64,000 nt of DNA, from NCBI GenBank assembly GCA_963720545.1, contig OY970399.1, forward strand, positions 2,240,001 to 2,304,000, given 5' to 3'. How positions within the stretch are numbered: the stretch's first letter is position 1; each line of letters starts with the position of its first letter. Origin of the DNA: an uncultured Acidobacteriota bacterium (GTDB taxonomy: Bacteria; Acidobacteriota; Vicinamibacteria; Fen-336). The translations under genes were made by a program, and so were the position numbers. Below the pieces are notes generated by a model, which saw only the letters and a list, made by a program, of their open reading frames with translations, did no database searches and was not told where the DNA came from. Below are positions 10,582 to 23,720 of the stretch, piece after piece.

Positions 10582-12192
10582 ATGTCCCGCCTCGCCGACC
10601 GCCGGACGATCCTGGCGTGCGCCGCGGCGGCGATGGCCCTGTTCTTCTGGGCGTCGCTGCCGGCGCTGTCGGCACCGTTTCTCTCCGACGACTTCATCTT
10701 GCTCAACTGGAGCCAGCCGCGCACGCTCGCCGCCGCGCAGGACTACTTCGCGACCGACTGGGGCGGCGGCAACGATCGCGGCGGCTACTACCGTCCGCTC
10801 ATCAACCTGAGCCTCGGTTTCGACCACTGGCGCACCGGCCAGGATCCGCGCGGCGCGCACCAAACCAACCTGGTGCTGCACGTGCTCGCCACGCTCTGTG
10901 CGTTTGCGCTCGCACGGCAGCTGGCGGGCGCCGCGGCCGCCCTGCTCGCGTCGGTGCTGTTCCTGCTGCACCCGATGCACGACCTGTCGGTCTTCTGGCT
11001 GGCGGGCCGCACCGACCTGCTCTGCGGGCTTTTCTTCCTGCTGGCGCTCTGGCTTTCCGTCGCGAAGACAGCAGCGCTCCGCGTGCTGGCGCCGTTCGTC
11101 TTCCTGCTGGCACTGCTCGCGAAGGAAATGGCCGCGACGCTGCCGCTGGTCGTCGCCATGCACGCGTTCCTGAGCGCCCCTCCCACCGAGGCTGGCGTGC
11201 GGCGGCGGCTGGGTGCCGCGGTGCGCGCCGCGCTGCCCTTCCTGCTGGTCTTCGCCCTCTACATGGTGGTGCGCGTCGAGGTCCTCGGCGGCATCGGCGG
11301 CGACGCCCGCCTCGTGGCGCGCTCCAGCGCAGCGCTCGTGGGCGGCGCGCGCCTCATCCTGTGGAGCGTCTACCCCTGGGACCTCGGGATCGTCGAAGGC
11401 CTTGCCACGGCACCGGTGCTGGTTGCGGTGGCAGCGCTCGTCGCCGTCATCGCGGTGGTTCTCGCCTGGCAGCGCCGCGCCCTCACACCGGCCATCGCCT
11501 TCGCCCTCGGCTTTCTCGCGATCACCATGCTGCCGGTGCTCGGCCAGCCCGCGTCCTGGTACGTCTATATCCCGTCCTTCGGCGCGTGCCTGCTGTTCGC
11601 GATTCTGCTCCTGCGCCTGCCTCAGCCTTTGGCCCTCGCGGCCGCCGCGGCACTCGCCTTGTGCTTCGCCTGGTCGCTGCGTGCCAACGCGTCGGCGGTG
11701 CGCGAGGCCGCCGACATCGTCGATTCGGTGCTCGCCGACCTCGACCGCCGCGGCGGCTCGCCGTACCTGGTGAACGCGCCGATCTGCCTCGACGGCCGCC
11801 TGCCGATGCTGACCTCGCGCAGCCAGTACCTCTCGGCGCTTGCTCTGCGCGGCAGTGCGGCGACGCCGCAGCCGCTTTCCTACGCCTACATCGGCGACGC
11901 CGCGCGCTTCGTGCCGATCGTGACCACGGCGCCGGGCACCATCGACACCTCGGTATTCGGCGACCTCGACACTTTCATCGTGTTCGGCGACCTGGCGCGC
12001 CCGCCGCGCCCGCCGCTCGGCCCAGGCACGCTTGTCGCCGGCCGCGATGCCAGCTATGCCGTGCGCTTCCTGGCCGAGGACGACAAGATCCGCGGCGTCT
12101 CGATCCGCGCCATCCGCTGCGACCGCCAGACGGTCGTTCTAGAGTATCGGCCAGGCGGCCTGCGCGCCGTCCCTTTCCAATGCCCGCAATGA
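10582..12192 (+). CDS. Polytopic membrane protein, GT-C superfamily (TMTC/PMT-like glycosyltransferase)
   Basis: Many hydrophobic helices; first-loop FLSDD, YYRPL, NLVLH, LFLLHPMH..V.WLAGRTDLL, LLAKE; soluble C-terminal domain. Confidence 0.7.
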   Translation: MSRLADRRTILACAAAAMALFFWASLPALSAPFLSDDFILLNWSQPRTLAAAQDYFATDWGGGNDRGGYYRPLINLSLGFDHWRTGQDPRGAHQTNLVLHVLATLCAFALARQLAGAAAALLASVLFLLHPMHDLSVFWLAGRTDLLCGLFFLLALWLSVAKTAALRVLAPFVFLLALLAKEMAATLPLVVAMHAFLSAPPTEAGVRRRLGAAVRAALPFLLVFALYMVVRVEVLGGIGGDARLVARSSAALVGGARLILWSVYPWDLGIVEGLATAPVLVAVAALVAVIAVVLAWQRRALTPAIAFALGFLAITMLPVLGQPASWYVYIPSFGACLLFAILLLRLPQPLALAAAAALALCFAWSLRANASAVREAADIVDSVLADLDRRGGSPYLVNAPICLDGRLPMLTSRSQYLSALALRGSAATPQPLSYAYIGDAARFVPIVTTAPGTIDTSVFGDLDTFIVFGDLARPPRPPLGPGTLVAGRDASYAVRFLAEDDKIRGVSIRAIRCDRQTVVLEYRPGGLRAVPFQCPQ

Positions 12193-13847
12193 AACCGGAT
12201 TTCGTCGGTCGGGTGCGCCGGCGGCTGCGCCGCGCTGCGGGCCGTGCCGCGCCGCACGGCCACCATCACCAGCACCGGCAGTTTTCCGAAAGCGAACTGC
12301 TGGCGCGCGCGGACGAGTGGAACCGCAACGCCGAGAGCCACTGGCAGTCGATCCGCACCGATCGCGCCGGCCGGGAGCATGCGCTCGGCAAGCCGATGTC
12401 CACGGTGCAGGACACCGGGCCGATGCTCTACCGGCTGGGGCTGCTCATCACCGAGCTGCGCCTCGGCGTGGGCCACACGGTCCTCGATTTCGCCGCCGGC
12501 AGCTGCTGGTTGTCGTCGCTGCTCAATCGCCTGCGCTGCCGGACCATCTCGATCGACGTGAGCCCCACGGCGCTCGAGCTCGGCAAGGAGCTTTTCGCAC
12601 TCGACCCGCGCCAGCGTCCCGAGCTCGAGCCGCGCTTCCTGCCCTACGACGGCCACCAGATCCCGCTCATTGCGGGCAGCGTCGACCGCATCGCGGTGTT
12701 CGATGCCTTTCACCACGTGCCGAACCAGGACGAGGTGTTGCGCGAGATGGCGCGGGTGCTGCGCCCGGGCGGCCGGGTGGTGATGGCCGAGCCCGGCGAG
12801 AACCATTCGCACGCCGACCAGTCGCACATGGAGATGGAGCGCTTCGGCGTCCTCGAGAACGACATCCACTTCGACGAGCTCGCGCAGAAGGCGCGCGCCG
12901 CAGGTTTCAGCGCGGTGCTGGTGAAGCCCTACGCGGCACCCGAGGCCATGACCTTCACCGAGCAACAGTTCCTTTCCTTCATGAAGGGCCGCGACTCGGT
13001 GTTCCCGGTGCGCGCGATTCGTGCCAGCCTGCACGACTTCCTGCTCATCATCCTGTTGAAGGGCGAGGAGCAAAAAGACAGCCGCGCCCCCGGCCTCCTG
13101 CGCGCCGCATTCGAGCTCAAGGGTCCTCCTGCACCGCTGGTCGCCGAGCCCGGCGAGACGCTGCGGCTCGAAGTCGCGGTGCGCAACGACGGCGACACGC
13201 TGTGGCTCCACGAAGTGGATGCGATCGGCGGCTACGTGGGCGCGGGCGTGCACGTGCTCTCGGCCGGCGGCGAGATGGTGGTGCACAGTGCCGCGCGCCA
13301 GGCGCTGCCGAAAAACGTGGCGCCCGGCGAGACCGTGAGCTTCACGGTCGCGGTACCGCTGCCGGCGGCGCGCGGCGACTATGTCCTGCGCATCGACCTG
13401 GTCGACGAGTTCGTCGTCTGGTTCGAGATGGCCGGCTCTGCGGTCCTCGACGTCCCGTGCAAGGTGGCGGGCGTCGTCGATTCGCGCCGGCCGAACCGCC
13501 TGCAGGCTGCCATTCTCGTGGCCGCGCGCACCGACACGCCGCGAAGCATCGACCTGCAGTTGCTGATCCGCAACGACGGCGACACCGCGTGGCGCGCGGC
13601 CACCGCGGACGGCGTCGGTAGCGTGCGCCTGGGCGCGCAGCTGCACGACCGAGGACGCGTCGCCGAGCGCGACTATTTCCGCGCCAGCCTGCCCACGGAT
13701 GTCGAACCCGGCGCCGACATAGCCCTGGTGGTCAGCATCCCGCGGCCGCCGTCCGGTACCAGCCTGGAACTCGACCTGGTGGATGAGGGCATCCGCTGGT
13801 TCGCGGAGGGCGGTTCCGCAACGGTCGCGGTGCCGCTCACTTCGTGA
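12189..13847 (+). CDS. Class I SAM methyltransferase with two C-terminal Ig-like (NBR1 FW-like) repeats
   Basis: VLDFAAGSCW, FDAFHHVP, RVLRPGGRVVMAEP; two repeats RNDGDT.W...LP..V.PG...DLVDE...WF. ATG 12189 overlaps the upstream stop. Confidence 0.8.
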   Translation: MKPDFVGRVRRRLRRAAGRAAPHGHHHQHRQFSESELLARADEWNRNAESHWQSIRTDRAGREHALGKPMSTVQDTGPMLYRLGLLITELRLGVGHTVLDFAAGSCWLSSLLNRLRCRTISIDVSPTALELGKELFALDPRQRPELEPRFLPYDGHQIPLIAGSVDRIAVFDAFHHVPNQDEVLREMARVLRPGGRVVMAEPGENHSHADQSHMEMERFGVLENDIHFDELAQKARAAGFSAVLVKPYAAPEAMTFTEQQFLSFMKGRDSVFPVRAIRASLHDFLLIILLKGEEQKDSRAPGLLRAAFELKGPPAPLVAEPGETLRLEVAVRNDGDTLWLHEVDAIGGYVGAGVHVLSAGGEMVVHSAARQALPKNVAPGETVSFTVAVPLPAARGDYVLRIDLVDEFVVWFEMAGSAVLDVPCKVAGVVDSRRPNRLQAAILVAARTDTPRSIDLQLLIRNDGDTAWRAATADGVGSVRLGAQLHDRGRVAERDYFRASLPTDVEPGADIALVVSIPRPPSGTSLELDLVDEGIRWFAEGGSATVAVPLTS

Positions 13848-15099
13848 CCCAGTAGCGGCGGCTGCGCAGGCCGCCCTCGATGACGTGGGTTTCGACGTCC
13901 ATGACACGAGCGCCGCCGCTGCGAACGACAGCCTCCACCTCGGCGCGCGGCACGTAGCTCACTTCCATGATCGGCGTCGACGCCGTGCGCCGGCGAAAGG
14001 CGTCGCGGCGCTGCCGTGCAAAGCGCCGCAGGCGCCAGTATTGCGCTCTGAGGAACCGCCGCGCAGCTACCGCACCGAGCGCGGCCGCGAGCTTTGAGAG
14101 CCGCGGGTAGCTGACCGCGAGCGGCGCGGGCCCGGGGCCCGCCGCGGCGCCGCCACCGACGACCTCGACCGCGACCAACGCCGGCGGCGAGCCGCAGTCG
14201 GAGAACCACGCGACATGTTCCTGGACCACGTCCAGCTGCAGCACGTGCGTGCCGTTCGCGGCTGGCGCCAGGAGGCTGACGAGAACCGTCACGGCACTGC
14301 CCGGAAGGAGGTCGTGCGGCAGCAGCACGCGAACGCTGCCCTTGTGGAGCGGCCGGCGCCAGCCATCCAGGTAGCGTCCGCCGACTGTCACGGCGAAGCG
14401 GGAGTCGTTCTGGCCGCGGCACGGCCAGGGTGTCGTGCCAACGTTCCTGGCCGTCACCTCGAGCGTGAACCGCGAACCCGCCGCGAGCGGGCCTGGCGGC
14501 GTTGAAACGCTGAGCTGCGCGCGGCGCTGCGCCGCGGGCAGCGGTGCCGCGCCGGTCGTGCGCGTCGCGTCCGGCGGCGAGTCCACGGTTGCCTGGTCCG
14601 ACGGCAGCTGGAACACCGCAACGCCGCCGGATCGAAGCAGCCGGCAGAACTCGGCGATGTAGCCCTTCGCCGACTCGGGCGCCATGTGCTGCAGGACCAG
14701 CGTCGAGTAAACGAAGTCGAACGTGGCGTCGGTGAACAGGCGCAGGTGCGGCTCGGCGTTCAGATGGTAGAAGACCCGGCCCGGATGATGATCGAGGCGC
14801 CGCGCCGCCACGAGCATCGAGGGTGCGATGTCGACACCGTCGACGCGGGCAAAATGGTCGGCGAGCGCCTGGCTCAAGCGTCCGACGCCGCAGCCAAAGT
14901 CGAGGACGACGCCGCGGCGTATCGTGACCGAGCGCTGCGCTGCGCCGGCGAGGATCATCTCGATCTCGGCGCGGCCGGTGGCGAAGAACTCCTCGGCCGA
15001 CCAGCGGCCGTGCTCCTTGCCGTCCGTGGTGAGGACCGCCCACAAGGGGTCCTCGCGCCCGAAACGGTCCCAGTGCTTCTGTACTTCCTGAAGGTCCAA
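13837..15099 (-). CDS. Class I SAM methyltransferase with an inserted Ig-like domain
   Basis: DPLWAVLT, VLDFGCGVGRLSQAL, GVDIAPSM, LVLQHM, EFCRLLRSGGVAVFQLP; Ig repeat RNVGTTPW...LPHDLLPG...DVVQEHVAWF. TTG start. Confidence 0.8.
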   Translation of the reverse strand: MDLQEVQKHWDRFGREDPLWAVLTTDGKEHGRWSAEEFFATGRAEIEMILAGAAQRSVTIRRGVVLDFGCGVGRLSQALADHFARVDGVDIAPSMLVAARRLDHHPGRVFYHLNAEPHLRLFTDATFDFVYSTLVLQHMAPESAKGYIAEFCRLLRSGGVAVFQLPSDQATVDSPPDATRTTGAAPLPAAQRRAQLSVSTPPGPLAAGSRFTLEVTARNVGTTPWPCRGQNDSRFAVTVGGRYLDGWRRPLHKGSVRVLLPHDLLPGSAVTVLVSLLAPAANGTHVLQLDVVQEHVAWFSDCGSPPALVAVEVVGGGAAAGPGPAPLAVSYPRLSKLAAALGAVAARRFLRAQYWRLRRFARQRRDAFRRRTASTPIMEVSYVPRAEVEAVVRSGGARVMDVETHVIEGGLRSRRYWVTK

Positions 15100-15167
15100 G
15101 CAATTCCCCGAAAAACTGCCGCTACGACACCCTACGGTACACTTTGCCTTCCGCTCGCCCCATCCAA

Positions 15168-15953
15168 ATGCTCCGCCAGATAGAAGACCTGCTTCGCCAC
15201 CGGGCGCTCATCGAGAGCCTCGTGAGCCGCGACCTCAAGGCCCGCTACCGCGGCAGCATCCTCGGCTTCGTCTGGAGCTTCATCAACCCGATCCTGCTGC
15301 TGCTCACCTACTGGCTCGTCTTCACCTACATGTTTCCGGGCGCGCGCACCGCCGCGATCACCCCGTACTTCCTTTTCATCTTCTGCGGCATCCTGCCGTG
15401 GACCTGGTTCAGCGCCTCGGCCGCCGAGGCCTCGGGCGTCCTCATCAGCAGCGGCAACCTCATCAAGAAGGTGCTGTTTCCCGCGGAGGTGCTGCCGACG
15501 GTCAGCGTGCTCGCGAACCTCGCGCACTTCTCTTACGGCCTGCCGATCCTGCTGTTCTTCATCGTGCTCTACGGCCGGCTCTCGTTCACCATCCTGCTGT
15601 TGCCGGTGGTGATCGCCGTGCAGCTCGTCTTCACCCTGGGCTTTTGCTACCTGCTCGCGGCACTCACCGTCCACTTCCGCGACATCCAGAGCATCCTGAG
15701 CCACGTGCTGCACGTCTGGTTCTTCGCGACGCCCGTGCTCTACGACTTCCAGTCGCTGCCGGTGCCGCTGCGCTCGGTGCTGCGCTTCAACCCGATGACG
15801 CACGTGATCCTCTCCTACCAGGAGATCCTGTTCCACGGCACCTTCAACCACGCGCGCGGGCTGGCGCTCGCAGCACTCGCCTCCTTTGCGATGCTCGCCG
15901 CCGGCCTGTTCCTGTTCGAGCGGCTGCGCGATACGCTTGCGGAAGAAGTATGA
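15168..15953 (+). CDS. wzm: ABC-2 polysaccharide export permease (Wzm type)
   Basis: [46 protein letters not shown]; start taken at ATG 15168. Confidence 0.9.
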   Translation: MLRQIEDLLRHRALIESLVSRDLKARYRGSILGFVWSFINPILLLLTYWLVFTYMFPGARTAAITPYFLFIFCGILPWTWFSASAAEASGVLISSGNLIKKVLFPAEVLPTVSVLANLAHFSYGLPILLFFIVLYGRLSFTILLLPVVIAVQLVFTLGFCYLLAALTVHFRDIQSILSHVLHVWFFATPVLYDFQSLPVPLRSVLRFNPMTHVILSYQEILFHGTFNHARGLALAALASFAMLAAGLFLFERLRDTLAEEV

Positions 15954-17296
15954 GCGGCAAGATTCCGGCAATCGCCGCCAGGGACCTGACCAAGATTTAC
16001 CGGCGCTTCCTGCACAAGAACCAGTTCAAGACACTGAAGAGCGCGCTCCTCAAGGGCAGCCTGCTCTCCGACCTGCGCCCCGACCAGACCTTCACGGCCC
16101 TCGATCACGTGTCGTTCGAGGTGCCGAAGGGTTGCACCTTCGGCGTGATCGGCGAGAACGGCTCGGGCAAGTCGACGACCCTGAAGCTGCTCGCCGGCAT
16201 CACCAAGCCGACCTTCGGCAGCCTCGCGATCGACGGCCGCGTCTCGGCGCTCATCGAGCTGGGCGCCGGCTTCCATCCCGAGATCACCGGCCGCGAGAAC
16301 GTCGCGATCAACGGGGTGATGCTGGGGTTGACGCGCAAGCAGGTGGACGAGCGCTTCGAGGCGATCGTCGACTTCGCCGAGCTGCGCGAGTTCATCGACG
16401 CGCCGGTCAAGACCTACTCCTCGGGGATGTACGCGCGCCTCGGCTTCGCGGTCGCGATCCACGTGGACCCGCAGGTGCTGCTGATCGACGAGGTGCTGGC
16501 GGTAGGCGACGAAGGCTTCACCCGCAAGTGCCTCGACAAGATCGGCGAGTTTCGCCGCCAGGGCCGCACCATCGTCATCGTCACGCACAGCCTTGGCCTG
16601 GTCGAGAAGATGTGCGACGACCTGCTGTGGCTGCGCCACGGCAAGGTCGCCGACCAGGGAGACCCGAAGCGCGTCGTGGACGCGTACCTCACTTATGTCG
16701 CCGGCGGCGAGGAGGCGCTGTTCGCGCAGCGCCAGGCGGCCGCGACCGGCGCCGCCGCCGCGCCACAGGAGCCGGCGCCGCCGAATGTCGGCGCGGACGA
16801 GAAGAGCGGGTATCGGGAGGGCCGCTGGGGCAGCGGCGAGATCGAGATCGTGGCGGTGGCGCTGCGCGACGCTTCCGGGCGCGAGCGCCACATGTTCGTG
16901 CCGGGCGAAAAACTGCGCGTCGACCTGCGGGTGCGGGCGCGCAGCGAGTGCACCGACTTCGTCTTCGGCATCGGCATCTTCACGGTGGACGGCCAGGCGG
17001 TCTACGGCACCAACACCCACATCGAGGACTACGTGGCGACGCGCCTCGCGGGCGAGGCGCGCGTCGGCTTCGAGATCGACGACCTGCGGCTCGTCGAGGG
17101 CACCTACCTCATCGACCTCGCGGTGCACGCCCGCGACGGCACGCCCTACGACTATCACCGGGGCAAGTACTCGTTCCGCGTCAAGAGCCACGTCAAGGAC
17201 GTCGGCGTCTATCGCCCGGCGCACCGCTGGACGTTCTCGCCCGAGGCGGCGGTTGCGCCGCCGCAGCCGCGCGCGGAGCTGGACCTCTCCGAGTGA
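15950..17296 (+). CDS. wzt: Polysaccharide export ATPase (Wzt type) with C-terminal carbohydrate-binding domain
   Basis: [41 protein letters not shown]; Wzt_C-like domain from RWGSGEIEI. Confidence 0.92.
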   Translation: MSGKIPAIAARDLTKIYRRFLHKNQFKTLKSALLKGSLLSDLRPDQTFTALDHVSFEVPKGCTFGVIGENGSGKSTTLKLLAGITKPTFGSLAIDGRVSALIELGAGFHPEITGRENVAINGVMLGLTRKQVDERFEAIVDFAELREFIDAPVKTYSSGMYARLGFAVAIHVDPQVLLIDEVLAVGDEGFTRKCLDKIGEFRRQGRTIVIVTHSLGLVEKMCDDLLWLRHGKVADQGDPKRVVDAYLTYVAGGEEALFAQRQAAATGAAAAPQEPAPPNVGADEKSGYREGRWGSGEIEIVAVALRDASGRERHMFVPGEKLRVDLRVRARSECTDFVFGIGIFTVDGQAVYGTNTHIEDYVATRLAGEARVGFEIDDLRLVEGTYLIDLAVHARDGTPYDYHRGKYSFRVKSHVKDVGVYRPAHRWTFSPEAAVAPPQPRAELDLSE

Positions 17297-17774
17297 CGGC
17301 GCCGCGCCCGACGTTCGCCGCGAGCCTCTCGGAGCTGGGCGCGGAGCGCGCCGCGTGGCGCGAGCGCGGCCTGCGCGTGGCGTTCACCAACGGCTGCTTC
17401 GACCTGCTGCACGCCGGCCACCTGTCGCTTCTCGAGCAGGCGCGCGCGGCGGCCGACGTGCTGGTGGTCGCGATCAACTCCGATGCTTCGGTGCGCCGGC
17501 TGAAGGGCGAGGGCCGGCCGACGGTTCCGGAAATGGAGCGCGCCGAGGTGCTGCGCGCGCTCGAGTGCGTGGACCGCGTGACGATCTACGAAGAAGACAC
17601 GCCGCTGCGCGCGATCGAGGCGCTGCTGCCCGACGTCCTCGTGAAGGGCGCCGACTGGGCGCTCGACCGGATCGTCGGCCGCGCCGAGGTCGCGGCCGCG
17701 GGCGGCGTGGTGCTGCGCGTGCCGCTCCTGCCGGGACTGTCGACGACCGAGCTGCTGGCGCGCGTCCGGCGCAC

Positions 17775-17778
<4 letters not shown>
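17293..17778 (+). CDS. rfaE2: D-glycero-beta-D-manno-heptose 1-phosphate adenylyltransferase (stand-alone HldE domain II)
   Basis: [40 protein letters not shown] start overlaps the wzt stop. Confidence 0.9.
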
Positions 17779-21197
<3,419 letters not shown>

Positions 21198-21201
21198 CGC
21201 C

Positions 21202-22935
21202 ATGACCGCCAGAAACTCACGCCGCGAATTCGTTTCACTCGCCGGAGCAACCCTGGCCGCTGCCGGTGCGCCACCGGTTGCCCGCGCCGCCGCACAAGCC
21301 GCGGCAGCGCGCGACGTCCGGGATGTGCGCGACGCGGAACTCGTGGTGGTGAACGCGCGCGTCTACACGGTCGACGACCGCGTGCCGCGCGCCGCAGCCT
21401 TCGCGGTCGCCGCCGGACGGTTCCTCGCGGTCGGCACCAGCGCTGAAATCGGGACGCTTGCCGGCAAGGGCACGCGCACCCTCGACGCCGAGGGGCTGAC
21501 CGTGGTGCCGGGTTTCATCGACTGCCACAACCATCCGGTCGGCGCCATGCTGCTCTACGAGGTGCTGGTCGGCAATCCGTTCGAAGTCGAGTTCGTCACC
21601 ATCGCGAGCATCGTCGCGAAGCTGCGCGCCCGCGCCCGCGAGACGCCGCCGGGCATCTGGGTCGCGGGCTATTTTCACGACGACACCAAGGTGAAGGACG
21701 GCCGCGCCCTCAGCATCGCCGATCTCGATTCCGTGTCCACCGAGCACCCGGTGGTCGTGCGCCATCGCGGCGGCCATACGTCGTTCTACAACAGCAAGGC
21801 GTTCGCACTGGCGGGAGTCACGAAGGCGACGGCGAACCCGCCCGGCGGCACCTTCGACCGCGATGCCACGGGCAACCTCACCGGGCGCGTCACCGACCGG
21901 GCGATGGACGTCCTGGACGAGAAAGGCCAGCGCCACTCGTTCACCGCGGCGCAGGAAGCCGAGCGCGAGCGCCACGGCCTCGCCCACATCTCGAAGCAGT
22001 TCGCGCGCTACGGCCTCACCAGCGTGCACCACGAGAGCGGCGACCTGGCGGCGATCCAGGAGGTGCGCGCGCGCGGCGAACTGCGCCACCGCGTCAGCTA
22101 CGAGGCGAGCGGCGCGGTACTCGAAGCGATGATCGCAAACGGCATCCGCAGCGGCTTCGGCGACGAGTGGATGCGCTTCGGCGCGACCTCGGAGCACATC
22201 GTCGACGGCTCCTTCTCCGAACGCACCATGGCGCTGCGCACCGCCTATCCCGGCTCGACCACGGGCTACAAGGGCAACGTCACCGAGGACCAGGAGACGC
22301 TCGACGCGTGGGTGGAGCGCGTGCACCGCGCCGGCATCCAGGTCAACTGCCACGCCAACGGCGACGTCGCGATCGCCTCGGTGCTCACCGCCTACGAACG
22401 CGCGCTCGCCGCGTTTCCAGTGGCCGACACGCGCCCGAAGATCACGCACTGCACGCTCATCGACGACGACCTGCTGCGGCGCATGAAGGCGCTGGGTGCG
22501 GTGCCGATGCCGTTCACGACCTACGCGTACTACAACACCGACAAGTTCCACTTCTACGGCGAAGACCTGATGAAGCGGGCGATGGCCTACCGCTCGTTCC
22601 TCGACGCCGGCATCGTGCCGGCGGCCGGCTCCGATTTCTACCCCGGGCCCTTCGCGCCGCTCATGGGCATGCAGGGCATGGTGACGCGCACCGGATGGAA
22701 CGGCGAGCAGTGGGGCCTCAACCAGCGCGTGAGCGTCGCCGAGGCGCTGCGCATCAACACGCTGAACGGCGCTTATTCCACCCACGAGGAAGCCGCCAAG
22801 GGCTCGATCACGGCCGGCAAGTTGGCCGACTTCGTGATGCTCGCCGACGATCCGCACGAGGTGGCGCCCGAAAAGATCAAGGACATCAGGATCGTGCGCA
22901 CGGTTGCCGGAGGCAACACGGTCTACGAGCCATGA
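21202..22935 (+). CDS. Tat-exported amidohydrolase-3 (YtcJ-like) metallohydrolase
   Basis: Twin-arginine SRREFV signal, PGFIDCHNH, HANGD, HC, GSD, GSITAGKLADFV. Confidence 0.85.
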   Translation: MTARNSRREFVSLAGATLAAAGAPPVARAAAQAAAARDVRDVRDAELVVVNARVYTVDDRVPRAAAFAVAAGRFLAVGTSAEIGTLAGKGTRTLDAEGLTVVPGFIDCHNHPVGAMLLYEVLVGNPFEVEFVTIASIVAKLRARARETPPGIWVAGYFHDDTKVKDGRALSIADLDSVSTEHPVVVRHRGGHTSFYNSKAFALAGVTKATANPPGGTFDRDATGNLTGRVTDRAMDVLDEKGQRHSFTAAQEAERERHGLAHISKQFARYGLTSVHHESGDLAAIQEVRARGELRHRVSYEASGAVLEAMIANGIRSGFGDEWMRFGATSEHIVDGSFSERTMALRTAYPGSTTGYKGNVTEDQETLDAWVERVHRAGIQVNCHANGDVAIASVLTAYERALAAFPVADTRPKITHCTLIDDDLLRRMKALGAVPMPFTTYAYYNTDKFHFYGEDLMKRAMAYRSFLDAGIVPAAGSDFYPGPFAPLMGMQGMVTRTGWNGEQWGLNQRVSVAEALRINTLNGAYSTHEEAAKGSITAGKLADFVMLADDPHEVAPEKIKDIRIVRTVAGGNTVYEP

Positions 22936-23720
22936 GGCGGGCGTTCGTCCTCGCCTGGCTGGCCGCGAGTGTCGTCCTCTACGGTTGTCAGCGCCGCGGC
23001 GCCGCCGCGTCGCTCGTGGAATACGAAGGCGCGACGGTGTCCCGCGCCAGTTTCGCGGCATACGTCCAGGATCTTGAAGCACGGGGCGGACCGCTCACGC
23101 CCGAGGTTCGCGACTCGGTGCGCAAGACCTTCATCGAGGAGAGCGTGCTCGCGATCGAGGCGAGGCGTCGGGGCCTGCTGAAGCCGCAGGCCAGCCGCGA
23201 GCAGCAGGACGCGGCGATCCGCGCCCTGCTTGCGCGCCAGGCCGAGGATGTCACCGTAAGCGAAGAGGAAATCGCCGCCGAGTACGCGCGCAGCGGCGCA
23301 AGGCTGCGCGAGCCCGAGACGATCACGCTCAGCCAGATCCTGGTGCGCACCAGCCGCGAGGCCCTCGACCTGCGCGACCGCCTGGCGCGGCGCGCAACAC
23401 CCTTCGAGGCGCTGGCACGGGCGCGCTCGATTGGCCCGGAGGCGGCGAAGGGCGGGCTCATGGGCACGTTCCGCCGCGGCGAGCTTCCCGAGGAGCTCGA
23501 AAAATCGGCCTGGACGCTGCGGCCGGGAGCCATGAGCGGGGTCGTCTCGAGCCCGCTCGGATTTCACATTCTCCGCCTCGACGCGCGCGCCGAAGGCCGC
23601 ATCGAGTCTCTGGATGCCGCGCATGCGGCGCTGCGGGCGCGGCTGCTGGCCGAAAAGACCGACGGAAAAGTGCGACAATTCGTGGCAGGGCTCCTTGCCC
23701 GCGCCAAGGTGAATGAATGA
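22932..23720 (+). CDS. Parvulin-type PPIase lipoprotein (PrsA/SurA-like)
   Basis: Lipobox LYGC, SQILV, FEALARARS, GGLMG, SPLGFHIL. Confidence 0.8.
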   Translation: MRRAFVLAWLAASVVLYGCQRRGAAASLVEYEGATVSRASFAAYVQDLEARGGPLTPEVRDSVRKTFIEESVLAIEARRRGLLKPQASREQQDAAIRALLARQAEDVTVSEEEIAAEYARSGARLREPETITLSQILVRTSREALDLRDRLARRATPFEALARARSIGPEAAKGGLMGTFRRGELPEELEKSAWTLRPGAMSGVVSSPLGFHILRLDARAEGRIESLDAAHAALRARLLAEKTDGKVRQFVAGLLARAKVNE

